Below, piece by piece: positions 1-12,559 of a stretch of DNA of 64,000 nt (position 1 is the first letter of the stretch; every line of letters begins with the position of its first letter). The notes under the pieces were generated by a model. The model ran no database searches. It was not told the origin of the DNA and worked only from the letters and a program-made list of their open reading frames with translations. The position numbers and the translations under genes were made by a program. Location of the stretch: NCBI RefSeq assembly GCF_018350175.1, contig NC_058368.1:11656001-11720000 (forward strand), given 5' to 3'. Source of the DNA: Felis catus (Eukaryota).

Positions 1-454
1 AACTACAAAAAAAAAAAAACAAAAACAAACAAAACACAAGCCAAACAAGTCTAGAGAAAATGGTGACATATACAGAGTCTGGTGTCAGTTTCCCAGGCTC
101 TTTCCATATTTAAATAAGCCACTACCCTGGTATCTAGGCCTTTACTCTGGCCCTACAATCCCCACACCCTGCTTGGTCCTGTCTCGTTGGAGAGTCAGTG
201 TCCCCCACGCTGCCCAACCTTCTGTCTCTAAATCCAAACCTGTTCTCTGCCTCATTCCCTGAGGATCCAGCTATTTACATTATAAAGTTAATAATAAATA
301 CACTAATTCATGCAAATGTGTTACCACGTTTATTAAGTCAATGTGTTGCTCTCCTAGGTAACACAATTTCTATTTTGCCTGGGACATTTTAAAGATGATG
401 CTCTAACCCAAGGAGGTATTTAAAGAAATGGAATTAACCCTTCTAAGAGCCTAT

Positions 455-625
455 TATTTTTCAGGCACTATGTTAAGGACTTTGCACAATTATTTTGCTT
501 AATCCTCATTTAATATTCCCATGGAAGGTTGCTATTATAAATCTATCTTCTACACATGAACAGATTGAGGCTCTGAGAGGATAATTTGTTTAAGGTTACA
601 CAGCCAGTCAGCAATAGCTTCAGGA
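455..625. mobile_element. MIR SINE fragment
   Basis: MIR-like core: aggcactatgttaaggactttgc...ttaatcctca...gaacagattgaggctctgagagg...aaggttacacagc. Confidence 0.65.
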
Positions 626-1988
626 TGGGAACCCATTCTCCTTCCAGCACCCTGCCCCACCTCCTTACAGGAGTGACACTAAACACCCTAGCCACCAGCA
701 GGAAGAGAATTTTGAAATAGGCAGGGACTTGAAGTTGCCAAAGCCAACCACATTCACCTGCAACTTCCCTCCTTATACATTTCTATCTACCCCTTGAGGC
801 CCACTAATCAGTACATTATGCCAAACACAAAACAGGGAGGCATGTTCTCATTAGAATTGTAAAAAAAAAAAAAAAAACAACAAAAAACCTGTACATAGAC
901 ATAACACTCATCAAGTTCCCCAACAAGAAAAGATGAATAATTAATAATTAGGGGTGACTGCTCTGCAGGAGACCAGAGGGCAGTTTAGCACAAAGATGGA
1001 AGAGGATGGTCCAAGAAGTGTCCTTGACACAAAACATCCAAATTTAGCTGACAGAAAAGACCCCAAGTTGGCCACAGCCAAATATGTCCATTCTTGTCAC
1101 ACGCTGCTTACAGTGGTGTCACGCTGGGGCTGCCATATGTGGAGGGAGGTGCTGGGGGTGGGGGGGAAGGAAAACACTCCCTTCCTAACTTGGTCCTAAC
1201 GTAAACGCCATGGCAGTTTTCACTGCTATAGCCTCTGTCTATATAGTACAATGTTAGAATTGAGGCAACACAATATTTGTCAAATGAATAAGTGAATTTC
1301 TTTACCTCCTTTCTCTGGAATTCCTCATAGCCTCGTATCCTTTCTCAGACTACTTTTATCCCACGTTTTCAGGTGGCCCCTTCAAATCCCTAAACTCTTC
1401 TCCCAAACCTCTTGTCCTTCTCCTTCTTCTTGCAGCAGAACCAGTTTTAAAACAAACAAAAACATTTTTTACCGAGTATATGTGTATTTCTAGCAGAGGA
1501 ATGGAAACAGAAACCTCTTAGAAATACGAGTTAAAATGAAGAAAGAAAACATATGGGTAAATGCAGAGTGCATTCAATTCTTATCAAATGCAGACACATA
1601 TACACTAAAATCATAGCAGCTGTGTTTATTTCATAATTTAGGCATTTTGAAAAAAGTGCAATGTATTTATTTTAATGTCAGCTTGATGTCAAGTTTAAAA
1701 TATAACATGAGTTTGTCTCCATGTTTTACCTCCTTTCCTAGAGAATCTCCTAATATTTAAATATAACCTATATCCCTAATTCCCAGCTCTCGTCACATAA
1801 CAATCTGGGGCAAAGGGACGGGGGTGGTAATCCCTCATAAACTGTGTGTTAACAGAACGCTGTAAAATATGTTCTAACCAATAAAGTTGGCAAATAAATT
1901 TGGTAACAACCATCTAAGCTTTGTTGTATTTCACAAAAAGATCTACATTTAAAGGAAATAGAAAATCACATGTGCACTAGCACACAGG

Positions 1989-2002
1989 GTTGCTATGGTA
2001 AC
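1989..2002. promoter_or_regulatory. RFX X-box-like motif GTTGCTATGGTAAC
   Basis: Near-perfect match to the palindromic RFX consensus GTTRCYATGGYAAC; motif only. Confidence 0.4.
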
Positions 2003-2142
2003 AGACTACATTTTTTTATATTTACTCTTCAAATTGCAGTACATGGAGCTATTATAACCAAATAATGTCAACATCCACTGCCTTCTGATTGTACTGAGGT
2101 CTCTGGAATAAGTTGTACTTACGGTTCCAGAAATTCTCATTT

Positions 2143-2166
2143 TTAACCAATCTTCTTCTGTCTTTT
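2143..2166 (-). CDS. N4BP2L2: N4BP2L2 long-isoform last coding exon (KRQKKIG*); exon probably extends to 2123
   Basis: Acceptor ataatttctag, then AAA AGA CAG AAG AAG ATT GGT TAA. A consensus donor ACC|gtaagt follows 20 nt after the stop. Confidence 0.88.
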   Translation of the reverse strand, partial: KRQKKIG

Positions 2167-3059
2167 CTAGAAATTATAATTAAAATACATATAATAATGA
2201 TTAATATTTGGCATTGGGGTTAAGACTGCATCATTTAACTCATGTAGGAACTGTCTAAAAATAGCAAAATAAACCTAATAAACACAAATGTCCATTTTAA
2301 CGTTTAAAGTATGGGGGGGGGGGTGTGAGTGTGTGTGTTTAGGTAGCAGTAAGTTCTCCATGGGGAATGAAGAGAAATAAGAAGTTTAGAAAAATGTATT
2401 TGGTTTTATAACTGGGCACACCAAACAAATCTACTTTTCTCACAGGTGTGCTTTTATGAACAGTTAAGAAATACCTACTATCCTGTGATATATAATTTTG
2501 TTTCACTAAACCCTGTTTTTACCATTTATCTCAAAATAATACCCTTAGCATTGCCTCCAGGCACATTTAAATCACTATCAACTAATGTAAACCCTCTCCC
2601 CATTATGTTATATAGTGTGCTACCTTTTCTAGAATTTCTATTACCTTGCTAACTTTCCCCACCAGTCCTCCTCCAGCTACCTGGAAAATTTACAGCCCAT
2701 CAGAATAGTTATGTCTCTCACTGTAGACCAACAGAAAACACCAATAATGAGGTGCTTCCAAGCCAAGTAAATATGAATCTAATTTGTAGCTGTTACTCTA
2801 TCATAACAGGGTAAGACTGAGGGCTAGACAGGAGAAAAGATGTAATGAAGAATAAAAAACTCTCCTAAAACGGGCACCTCAGTTATCCACAATAGGCCCT
2901 TATACCAGTCTACTTTACAGCAAAATTAGGGAATTAAATGCAACTTTATCTTGGGACTTATTGAAAAAACATGCATATATTAGCTACCTATCCACATGTA
3001 TTCTTTCTCTAATTTAATATAAGGGATATAGCCCTTCATATTACATCTGATGAACAGGT

Positions 3060-3063
<4 letters not shown>

Positions 3064-3096
<33 letters not shown>

Positions 3097-3110
3097 GTGC
3101 ATGTGTGTGT
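3064..3110. repeat. (TG)n microsatellite
   Basis: Directly visible. Confidence 0.9.
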
Positions 3111-3166
3111 TTTGTTTTAAAGAAACCAATTGGAGAAGGTCTTCTTTGAAAGCCATAAAAATATAC

Positions 3167-3252
3167 CTCTACTGATATTTTCCACTGCAAATAGATCATC
3201 TTCAGTGTCTTCCAGTCAAGGGAAACCACACAGTCATCAGGCAACAAAGATT
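3167..3252 (-). CDS. N4BP2L2: N4BP2L2 long-isoform exon, 86 nt
   Basis: Acceptor ttttattttcacag, donor GAG|gtatat. Encodes (E)SLLPDDCVVSLDWKTLKMIYLQWKISVE, in phase with the large exon. Confidence 0.92.
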
Positions 3253-3680
3253 CTGTGAAAATAAAAGGGAGCAAGTTTCATCTGTAGTGTCATACAGATT
3301 TTTACCCTACCTGTGAAGATCTGCAAACATGATTATTTGGACTGATATAATAGTAAAAGCCCAGTTTGGAAAATACTTCACTGATGGCTAGAGCAGGAGT
3401 TAGTGCGTCTCAGGTCTTTATTAGTAAACACTATCCTGACTCCTGTAAAACAATATGAATCATAGTTCATATTCTCATTAAGTATAAATACATATATCAA
3501 TAATACATACATAATATTATAACATATGTAACACACATTATATATATATGATAGCTTCAAGTGGTACTGGCAGAGGGCATAGAATTTAGGTCATCCTTTC
3601 CTGTGACGTGTATGAACAGTACAACTATAGCAAGTTTAGTCTTCTTGCAAGTTTTTCCTTCCACATGAGAGTGTCGGGGG

Positions 3681-3759
3681 AAAAAATCCTCATAGACAAT
3701 TAATGATGTTCATAAATTTAAAAAAAATCCTCACAGACAATTACGATGCTCATAAATTA
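3681..3759. repeat. Imperfect ~40-bp tandem duplication
   Basis: aaaaaatcctcatagacaattaatgatgttcataaatt versus aaaaaatcctcacagacaattacgatgctcataaatt. Confidence 0.85.
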
Positions 3760-5224
3760 GTCCAAACACTGACACATACATATCAGCCATACCAAACCAC
3801 ACAAAATATTTTTTCTATACTCATATAAGCCTGGCAACACAGATAGTTTGATTTCTTCAGGCCTGTGTGGCTTTACTATCTAATCCCGCTGTGCCTACAG
3901 AACTCCTAAGGCTAGGATTCATTTGGGTTCCCTGCCCTATTTAGAAGGCCACTGGCCACAGATACAGCAGAGCTTCCCTTGTCCAGCCGGCCAAACAAAT
4001 CAGCTGACAATTTCCACCCTCAGTTTCCTCCTCGCCTTTTTTAAGCGCCCGCCACATCCAAGCGTGAAATTCTTTCCCTCTGTTTTTCTTTTAAGCCACA
4101 TTTGTATAAGCACTGCTTATAATTCACTTCCACATTGAAGTCATCCCCCCAAAACCATAACCCCATATGCTCTTCAACATCCCCTTAAGCACTGCTAACC
4201 TCACTCATAAAATATTCATAAGCTTGTCATTTATATTTTCTATGTGCAATAATTTTGTTTTGTGTTAGTCTTGTCTCCCCATTTAGAAGGTAAGCTATTT
4301 GATGAATGAGGTCTATTTCCTCTAGAAAGCTTTCCAAAGCTTAATTAATGGATGCTTGATCATTATTGCTGATTATGACGGTATTGTGCATTCAAAGGCG
4401 CAGGTTTAGGATCTTTTCACACGAGTGCCTTCATGCTTTCTGATGCTGATCTAAGGCAGTGATTGTTAATCTTTTTGAGTCAAGTGCTGCCACGTCCCCC
4501 TCCCTTGCTCCAGAAGCTGACAAAATCTATAGACTTTCTCAGAAAAAACAGTTCAAAGTGACACAAAAATAGTTGCATATAATTTTAGAATATGGACCTA
4601 GGACTAAGACCTTTTAAATGACTAAAATGACTTCATTTATCTTTTAAAATTCCCTAAATTTTAATTAAATTAACTAAATTAATTAAATTGATCTTAAAAT
4701 TGGTATGTTTCTTTGGTGCATCTAGAAAGATAGCATACTGCACCAAACGGCTAAGATGTGATTATTCACAAAGGTTACAAAAATGATAAACATAACACTA
4801 GAACCTCAAGAGCAGGTGAATAATTGTGACTCACTCGCGCTGAGACTTAGCCAATCTTGGGTCTGGGTTCTGGGCACCAATTTTGTTCACAACAGCAGAA
4901 GTTTAAGAGCAAAGTAAACAACTCTGGAATGAGCTGTGAGCCAGGAGCAGGGCCCAGGCAGCTGGTAGGTGCAGAAAAGAAAAAGTATCAGGAAGATAGA
5001 GGAGAACTTCAGGGATTGGAGCTTTGACTTCTTGGCTCTTACAATTTCTGTCCTCAAGGAAGGGGACACATTCAACTCCATGAAATCGCTTAACACATGC
5101 AATTGACTTACAGATAAGGAAAAATTGGGATATGAGTTAGATTCCCTGTTTAAGACATTTAGCATCTTAAATATATTTATTATTTAGAAGAGATTTACTT
5201 AGAATTTTACTTAGAATATTAAAA

Positions 5225-5286
5225 TTTCATGTGTTTTATTCACAAGTGGATTTTTCATGTGTTTTATTCACAAGTGGATTTTTCAT
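5225..5286. repeat. Perfect 28-bp tandem duplication
   Basis: tttcatgtgttttattcacaagtggatt twice, followed by tttcat. Confidence 0.95.
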
Positions 5287-5858
5287 TTCCAAAAACAACA
5301 GCAGCTGGAAGGAACTTTTCAAGTCAACCAGTCAGACTCTGTAATCTTCTTTTCAGTATCCTTCTCAGTCTTTAAAAATTAAACTCAACTTATTTCAGAG
5401 GATATGTTTTCATCATTTAATCTTCACTGTCCCCCCACCTTACTATTCTCATATCTATGAGCCATACCATGGAGGAGAAAGGGAAGGATCATGCTCCAAA
5501 CAATGAAAATGTATAAAATAGATTTTTTACAAAAGGAGGGGGGAACCCATCTCTATTTGTTATATAATTACTGTTTGCCTGTCTCATCCTTTGTTCTTCT
5601 CAATATCTATTTATACTGAGAATCCAAGTATTCTAAGTGCTCAAAGATATTTAAGACTATGGTTCCTGGAAGTGGAGGCAGGCACATGACTCTGAAGGTC
5701 AAGCACCATTTGATATGGGTCCTTTACTTCCATTGCTGAAAAGCATCACAAGATCAATTAACTGCATGAAATCACTAATGCAAGGTAGACACATTTCAAA
5801 AAATTACTCATATATATTAAATTGGACTTTTTGTTTGTAGCAAGTAAACACAATTTAC

Positions 5859-7612
5859 CCATTGGAACTCCAGGGGATCCAAAAAGCTTTACCAGTTGAA
5901 AGGCAAACCCTTGTGATAATTGTAGTTCAAGGGAATCAAAGCCAGTGCTCGTCAAATCTTGGTTATCTTCAGTTTGTAAGAACTGTAATGGCTTAGGTTC
6001 TTCCCATGTCTTCAGCTTTTCATCAAAACTTTCATTTAAAAAGTGAAGATCAGAAGTGACCCTAAAAGAGTACAAAGTATCAGATTGGCTACTTAAAATT
6101 TCTGAAGAACTAAACCCTAGGTCATGTAGTTGGTCATCTACCCTTGTCTGAGATTTGAAAGTCAAAGATGGTTTCTTGCTCGTAAAAGATACCATCCAAA
6201 AGCTGAAGGTATACTGTAGCACAAGAGAAGGAATAGGGTTTTTATAAAAGTACACAGAGCGCCTTAGTCTACTAAATGGCAGGTAATGAGAATAAGACTG
6301 TCTACCAAAATTTAAAGGAGGATCTTCGAAAACAGCAAAGCAAAACCATGATGGATGATGATCAAAGGTCATAAGTTTTTGCTTATTCTCTATATTGCTT
6401 ATTTCTGACATTCTATCTTTTTCTTCTTCCAAAATAATTTTTAGTCCGTGGCTTTCTGTTATCACGCCACATTCCCCTCTTTCTTTCACACTGATATATC
6501 TCTGTCCCAGTAAGTTAAAGTTTGGTGCCAAATTGAAAATCCTTTTCTCCCTCCTTTTCTTATTCTTTGTTGAGCATAAGTCACTCTTTGGGATATGCAG
6601 GTTAGGCAAGCAGCTTCTAAAGACATTTGTTTCTGTTTCTATGATTGAATCTATATTCTCAGTGGGAGGTGACAAATCTTCATTTTCTATCAACAGCTTC
6701 TCCTCTACCAGTGTTTCTGGACTGCTTCCTGGTCCTGAAGTTCCTTCAGGAGTGGAGATCAACTTAATCAATTGTCCCCTGCTGTCCGGAGAGGCCAGCC
6801 TTTGCCATCTTTCTCTCTTTGGTCTTTGTTCACATATAAACTTATGAGGTCCTTCAGGCCAGCTCCCAAAATAGGGTTGCCTCTCAGAGCTCAGCTGTAA
6901 TTCTTCATCAGAAAAATTGTTTGAAGAAAAAGCCCAATAATCGTTTTTAGCTGTATTTACTCCTTGTTCCTTTCTTAAACTTTTATCTGAAGTTCTGGAT
7001 CCATATCGATTGCACAGAAATGTTTCATTCAGGAGTCTTTTATCTACCCTCTCTCTCTTCTGCATCAATGAGCATGGGATGGACGCAGATCCACCCTGGA
7101 CGTCTGACGCTGTGGGATGCCTACTTCCAGTGTGCTTTCCTACATTCGTGCCAGACCAGTCATCACTTGCCATGCAGGAAAGACTCTGAGTCATTGTCGG
7201 GCAAGTAACAGCGTTTTCATGCGGCATCAATGACATATTTGGAAACAAATCATCGTGTTCTTTAGGGAGGTAATTTTCTGGTGTATTGTCCAGCTCAACT
7301 GCAGACATAACATTTGGAAAACCATCTTCAGGATGTATGCTTCTCCATATTTCATCTTGGTGGCTATTTACTAAACCTCTTAGTTCATGTCCCAGTCCAC
7401 CAGTGAAGGTGCACGCCGATTCTCTGTTGGTGTCTTCCAAGTCTTCCTCTGCACTCTGAGAGGGGTCCTGGTCTCCTGGTGTATAACTTAAGGTTTCAAA
7501 TGAGTTTTCTCCCATGATTTTGCCATGACTGTTCTGCTTTTTACTTCTTTTTCTGCTTCTCTTCTGTTTGTTTTTGCTGAACCTGGGCCCAGTTTTCTTC
7601 AAATCGCTTTCT
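5859..7612 (-). CDS. N4BP2L2: N4BP2L2 long-isoform large coding exon, 1754 nt
   Basis: Lies inside the 626-aa ORF 5758-7638. Acceptor ttttgttatatttcag|AGAAAGC, donor ATGG|gtaaat. 584 full codons, from ESDLKKTGP to FQLVKLFGSPGVPM. Confidence 0.92.
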
Positions 7613-7813
7613 CTGAAATATAACAAAATTAAGGACATTTATAACTTAATTTTTTTGTATAACACTAGGAAACTAAAACATTGTACTCTTAATGTGAAAA
7701 GTTACAAATCATTAGGACAAGAGATTCTAAAGTGTGAATGTACTTTGTAGTATATTTTTAAATTACTTTTAAAAAGAGATATACTTTCTCTAAGTTAAAA
7801 ACGAGTACACTTT

Positions 7814-8021
7814 GGGGTGCCCGGGTGGCTCAGTCAGTTGGGTATCCAACTCTTAATTTTGACTCAGGTCATGATCTCATGGTGCATGGGTTCGAGTCCC
7901 ATGTCAGGCTCTGGGCTAGATGGCACAGGGCCTGCTTGAGATCCTCTCTCTACCTTTCTCTCTCTCTCTCAAAGTAAATAAATAAACTTAAAAAAATTTT
8001 TAAATGAAAATAAAAATAAAT
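7814..8021 (+). mobile_element. Can-SINE (SINEC)
   Basis: ggggtgcccgggtggctcag head, (ct)n, A-rich tail; TSD gagtacacttt. Confidence 0.9.
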
Positions 8022-8282
8022 GAGTACACTTTGAGAAAGTTACAACTCATTTCCTCGTACCTGTTTCATAAACCAATAACTTTATGAAAACTTAATATGT
8101 TCCTTGAAAAAAATATTATATATGTGAAACATTTTATACATACACACATACATATACCTACACACACATATGAATACATATATACATATGCATACATAAA
8201 CCAAGATGTTTATTGGTACATTTATATATTTTTTTCTTTTTTTTTGAGGGGGGGTAGTGATATTCTTCTAATTGCCTACCTA

Positions 8283-8480
8283 GCCATGGCTCTAAATGAG
8301 ACGTTCCACCACTATTTTGTGGGGTGTTTGTAAATGTGTTAGGTATTTTTGTGGTCACAATGACTGGAGACATGTTACTGGCACTTGGTACTGAGGCCAG
8401 GGACGTTTAGCATCCTATGATGCCACGGATAATTCCATAGTACAAAAGTATCCCATCCAAAGGAACAATAGTGTTCCCCA
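8283..8480. mobile_element. hAT-Charlie MER20-like fossil
   Basis: tttttgtggtcacaatgactgg...ttactggcacttggtactgaggccagggacg resembles the recalled MER20 consensus. Confidence 0.55.
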
Positions 8481-8558
8481 AAAGTTTGCAGCTCCCCTAA
8501 ATTGAAGATTAACTTCGATCCTAACAGAAAAAAGAGGATTTAGAACATTTTCTAATTT

Positions 8559-8769
8559 AAATTTGTTTAATGTTTATTTATTTTCGAGAGAGAAAGAGAC
8601 AGCGTGTGAGCAAGGGAGGGCATGAGAGATAGGGAGACAGAATCTGAAGCAGGATCCAGGCTCTGAGCTGTCAACACAAAGTTTGATGTGGGACTTTAAC
8701 TCATGAACCATGAGATCATGACCTGAGCTGAAGTCAGACACTTAACCGACTGAACCACCCAGGTGCCCT
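8559..8769 (-). mobile_element. Can-SINE (SINEC)
   Basis: Reverse head ccacccaggtgccc; TSD gaaca(t/c)tttctaattt. Confidence 0.9.
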
Positions 8770-10376
8770 GAACACTTTCTAATTTGAAATATAAAGATCT
8801 AGTCATTTTCTATAAGGTACAGATAGAGAATATTAAAATGCAGTGGAGGGTGGGGGAGGGACAATAAACACCGCTGAGGAAAAAAAAAAAAGTAACAGGA
8901 TAGAGGATAAAAAAAAAAAAAACAATTAAACAAGCAAACAAACATGGAAGCCAAAAGAGATAATGAAGAAACCATTGATCAGCTGGGGGCTGGACAAAGG
9001 AACTTGCTTTGGCCTGGTTTATTCCATCCCGTGACATTGGGCAATTTTCAACAAGTAGGAGCCCTGAACACCTTGTTCTTTGGCATCTAATTGCTGCTGC
9101 CCTTGTTTACAATTCCTGGATTTTAGTTTAAAAGAACATTAAGGAATGCTAAATTACAGACAGGCAGTTGTAATGGGACTTCTATAAAAAGGATAGCAAA
9201 TAAAGAATCCAACTTTGGCAGAAATTTCTCCTCATAGTCAGTTCTATCTGACTCTAGTGAGAGCCTCAGCTGAAGCCTAAGGTGCAATAGTTGTTACAAA
9301 ATTCATACTGAAACTAGGATGTTACTCTGGAAACAAGCTCCACTGTCTTCACCGAAACATGAACCATCCTGTTGCAGGGAAAGGACAAAAGGAATGCATA
9401 GATGGCCTAAACCTTAGATAGGCCAATGGACATAAGGGCCTTCTGGAGTTAATTCATTTGTCACAGAGTGGAAGCAGTGAGAAATGATCCCATTCTGGAT
9501 ATATTTTAAAGGAAAACAAGATTTAAAAATAAATTGGATATAGAGTATAAGAAAAAGATGAAGTATGGGTAAAAGGAGTTGAGCCTGAACAATTGAAGGG
9601 ATGAGTGGCCATTTACTGATTTACTGAGACACAGAAGCCTATGAAAGGTCTGGGTTTGGAGACAGGGTTGCCAAATCAGTTGCCACAAAATTCGGTTCAG
9701 AGTTTGAACCAATAAGCTAATCTGTACTTACAGCAGAGGTTAGAAAGTAGAAAAGATGAGGGCTTTGCTAATATTCCTCAAGGGTTCTTTCGTTTTCTGA
9801 ATGCACTACAATCTAATAGAGATTGTATCAAGTAGATCTCAACCTACTTAGAGAAAGGATCGTAGAAACCGGCTAATGATGAAAATTCACGATACCTGCA
9901 GAGAAGTTAACACGGATCATGAAAGAGTCAGGTAGCTTAAAAAAATAAACTATCAGGGAGATCAGGCAATGTATGAAGGTGGTTTGCCAAAAGAGATAGT
10001 CAGAGGAGACCCTACGGATTGGAATTCCAATTGAAAATACAACACAATGCCAAGAAGTGTGAAAATCAGAAGACATCCCCCCACAGGGAAATGTGCCTGA
10101 GACTTGTACTTGTTCCAGGTCTCTGGGAAGGAAACACAAACCAGTAACAGTGACTTGTGAAGCACTTGGGAGAGGAGAGAAGGGAGGGTAGTGGTGATAA
10201 CTTCTGTTGGAATGTGTATGCATGGGATGTGGCTTATCAGTAGACATATTTACAAAGTGTGGGAAGCTCATTAATGTGTCAAGGCTCATTAAACTTGATC
10301 TCATTTGTGCTGATTCATTTAGGAATGAATGGCACCATTAAAAGAAAAGAAACATCCCTACATAAAAGGCATGGAG

Positions 10377-10618
10377 GGGGCGCCTGGGTGGCGCAGTCGG
10401 TTAAGCGTCCGACTTCAGCCAGGTCGCGATCTCGCGGTCCGTGAGTTCGAGCCCCGCGTCGGGCTCTGGGCTGATGGCTCAGAGCCTGGAGCCTGTTTCT
10501 GATTCTGTGTCTCCCTCTCTCTCTGCCCCTCCCCCGTTCATGCTCTGTCTCTCTCTGTCCCAAAAATAAATAAACGTTGAAAAAAAAATTAAAAAAAAAA
10601 AAAAGAAAAAAGAAAAAA
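10377..10618 (+). mobile_element. Young felid Can-SINE (SINEC_Fc-like)
   Basis: CpG-intact ggggcgcctgggtggcgcagtcggttaagcgtccg; long A tail; TSD aaaaggcatggag. Confidence 0.95.
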
Positions 10619-11515
10619 AAAAGGCATGGAGAAGAAATCAGGAGAGTTGGAGGCACAGGCTGTAGCTTTAGAAAAGAAAGGAGTAAGAAATGAACAAATA
10701 GTAATATATTTCTAATTAATCAAATATTCTGTTTTCTAGGTGGTAGCTGAGAATCCAAGCTCCTGGGCAGTAATAAGTGTACCTCTTAATTATGAGAAAA
10801 AGAGTGTTTGCTCAGAAACAAGCTAACCTGACCACGTAAGCTGTGACTTGAAGACAGAGATGAGAGAACATCCAGATAAAGAAAAAACTACCTGCTAGGG
10901 AGAAAAAAAAAAAAAAGGATTGTAAGTGCCTAAACTTCATGAAAAAAAAATTTATTAAAGGGGTAGAAACAGTATTTTCCACTGCAGAGGCCTGTACACT
11001 AATTCATAAAGCATGATCGATAAATGAAGTAAAATTCAATTAAAACACATGCAGGTTGTAAAGGAAAGCTCTCACAGCTTTACAGAATGACCATGGTTGA
11101 GGTAATCCAGGCCTAGATCTAGTTTAGTAATAAGCTAGTGGTGGGAGCTTGAGTAAATCAGATCGCCCTTCTAAAATGAGGATAACATTACCTCCTTATA
11201 CAGTTATAAAGTTTGTTAATGCAGAGGCTCCTAAATGACCTTTACTGAACTGATAGGGCAGATTAAATAATTCTTCCCACTGCCTCTGTACAATATAATG
11301 ACTGATCCAATGGTACAAAAAATGTTCCCAGCTACATGGCTGCTTTCTAGTACAACCACACCCTTCTGCTCCTATTGTTTAGGGCTGTATATTTACAAGA
11401 AGACAGATGAGTTTATTCTCCTCTGTTTACACAATCATAATTGTTACCATACTATGTATTTTAATTAAACATTATGTAAACATTACATCAACCAGTGGAA
11501 TAGGAATACAAGAAA

Positions 11516-11762
11516 GTTTCTTTTCTTTTCTTTTTTGTAGAGAGAGAGACTACATAAGCAGGAGAGAGGGGCAGAGGGAGAGGGAGGGAGGGAGGGAGAG
11601 GCAGAGGGACAGAGAGAGAGAGGGAGGGAGGGAAGGAATCTTAGGCAGGCTCCATACTCAGCATGGAGCCCAACACTGGGCTCAATCCCATGACCCAGGG
11701 ATCATGACCTGGGCCAAAATCAAGAGTTGGACACTCACCTGACTGAGCCACCCAGGTGCCCC
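11516..11762 (-). mobile_element. Can-SINE (SINEC)
   Basis: Reverse head gactgagccacccaggtgcccc; (ga)n/(ggga)n tract. Confidence 0.9.
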
Positions 11763-12559
11763 CGATTTCTATAAAAATTTCTCTAAATTTTCTATAAAAT
11801 TTCTATAAAAAATTAAAGTAAGTGACTCAATAAAGATGAGGCATTAAGCAATTGTTATCAAATGAGGTGTGGGCAGAATAACTATGCAGTTTGGTTCAAA
11901 ATCATAAAAACCTTTAATTCTGCACTCATAGTGCTTTGAATATTTCTTTGGGTTCTCCCTCCAATTTACATCAATAGAAACTAGAAATTGTTGACGATGC
12001 ATTACAGGTGTGGTTTATACATTAAAGAAATAAACTCCATGAAATAAACTTCCAATAAACAGACTCATACATAAATATTGGTGAATGGATGTGTATGCAA
12101 GCATGCATTTTAAGTTCAAATAAAATGTTCATAGTATGTATCATTTCTTAAAGATTCCCCACTTTAATCAACTTTTTCAGTGAACTAACAACCTACTTGT
12201 CCCAATTATGTTAGATAAAAAGACTTTTATTGTAAATAAAGCATCTAGCACAATACTTGGCACCTGGTGAATATTTTGTAAATAGCAGCTTTTATTTTTA
12301 CCACATATGAACAACAACAAAACAATCTTATATATTTCACTGAGACTCGAGGATTCTATTCAAGATTAGAATGTGAAAATGGCTAGAATGACTTATGCAA
12401 AAAAGAACAGTTGAGATAGAAGAGCTGGAAAGTTCTCAAAATGTGATTTATTTAATATGTTTGCACATTATTCAAAGTAGAGAAAAAATTTTCAAGTGGC
12501 CAAATACAGACAAACTGACCAATCCACCATCTTTATCAGAGATTAATACACCTTTCTCA

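Noticed and set aside
6395..6847. 150-aa plus-strand ORF
   Set aside because: Antisense shadow of the large coding exon; S/L/F-rich with no independent signals.
5758..7638. 626-aa ORF as a standalone single-exon gene
   Set aside because: Both ends run through clear splice sites whose phases match other N4BP2L2 exons.
9873..10304. 143-aa minus-strand ORF
   Set aside because: No recognisable protein and no convincing splice context; possibly an ancient repeat.
10315..10656. Recurrent ORFs such as ETEHERGRGRERGRHRI and MAQSV...SPASGSVLTAQSLEP
   Set aside because: Translations of Can-SINE copies, not a gene family.
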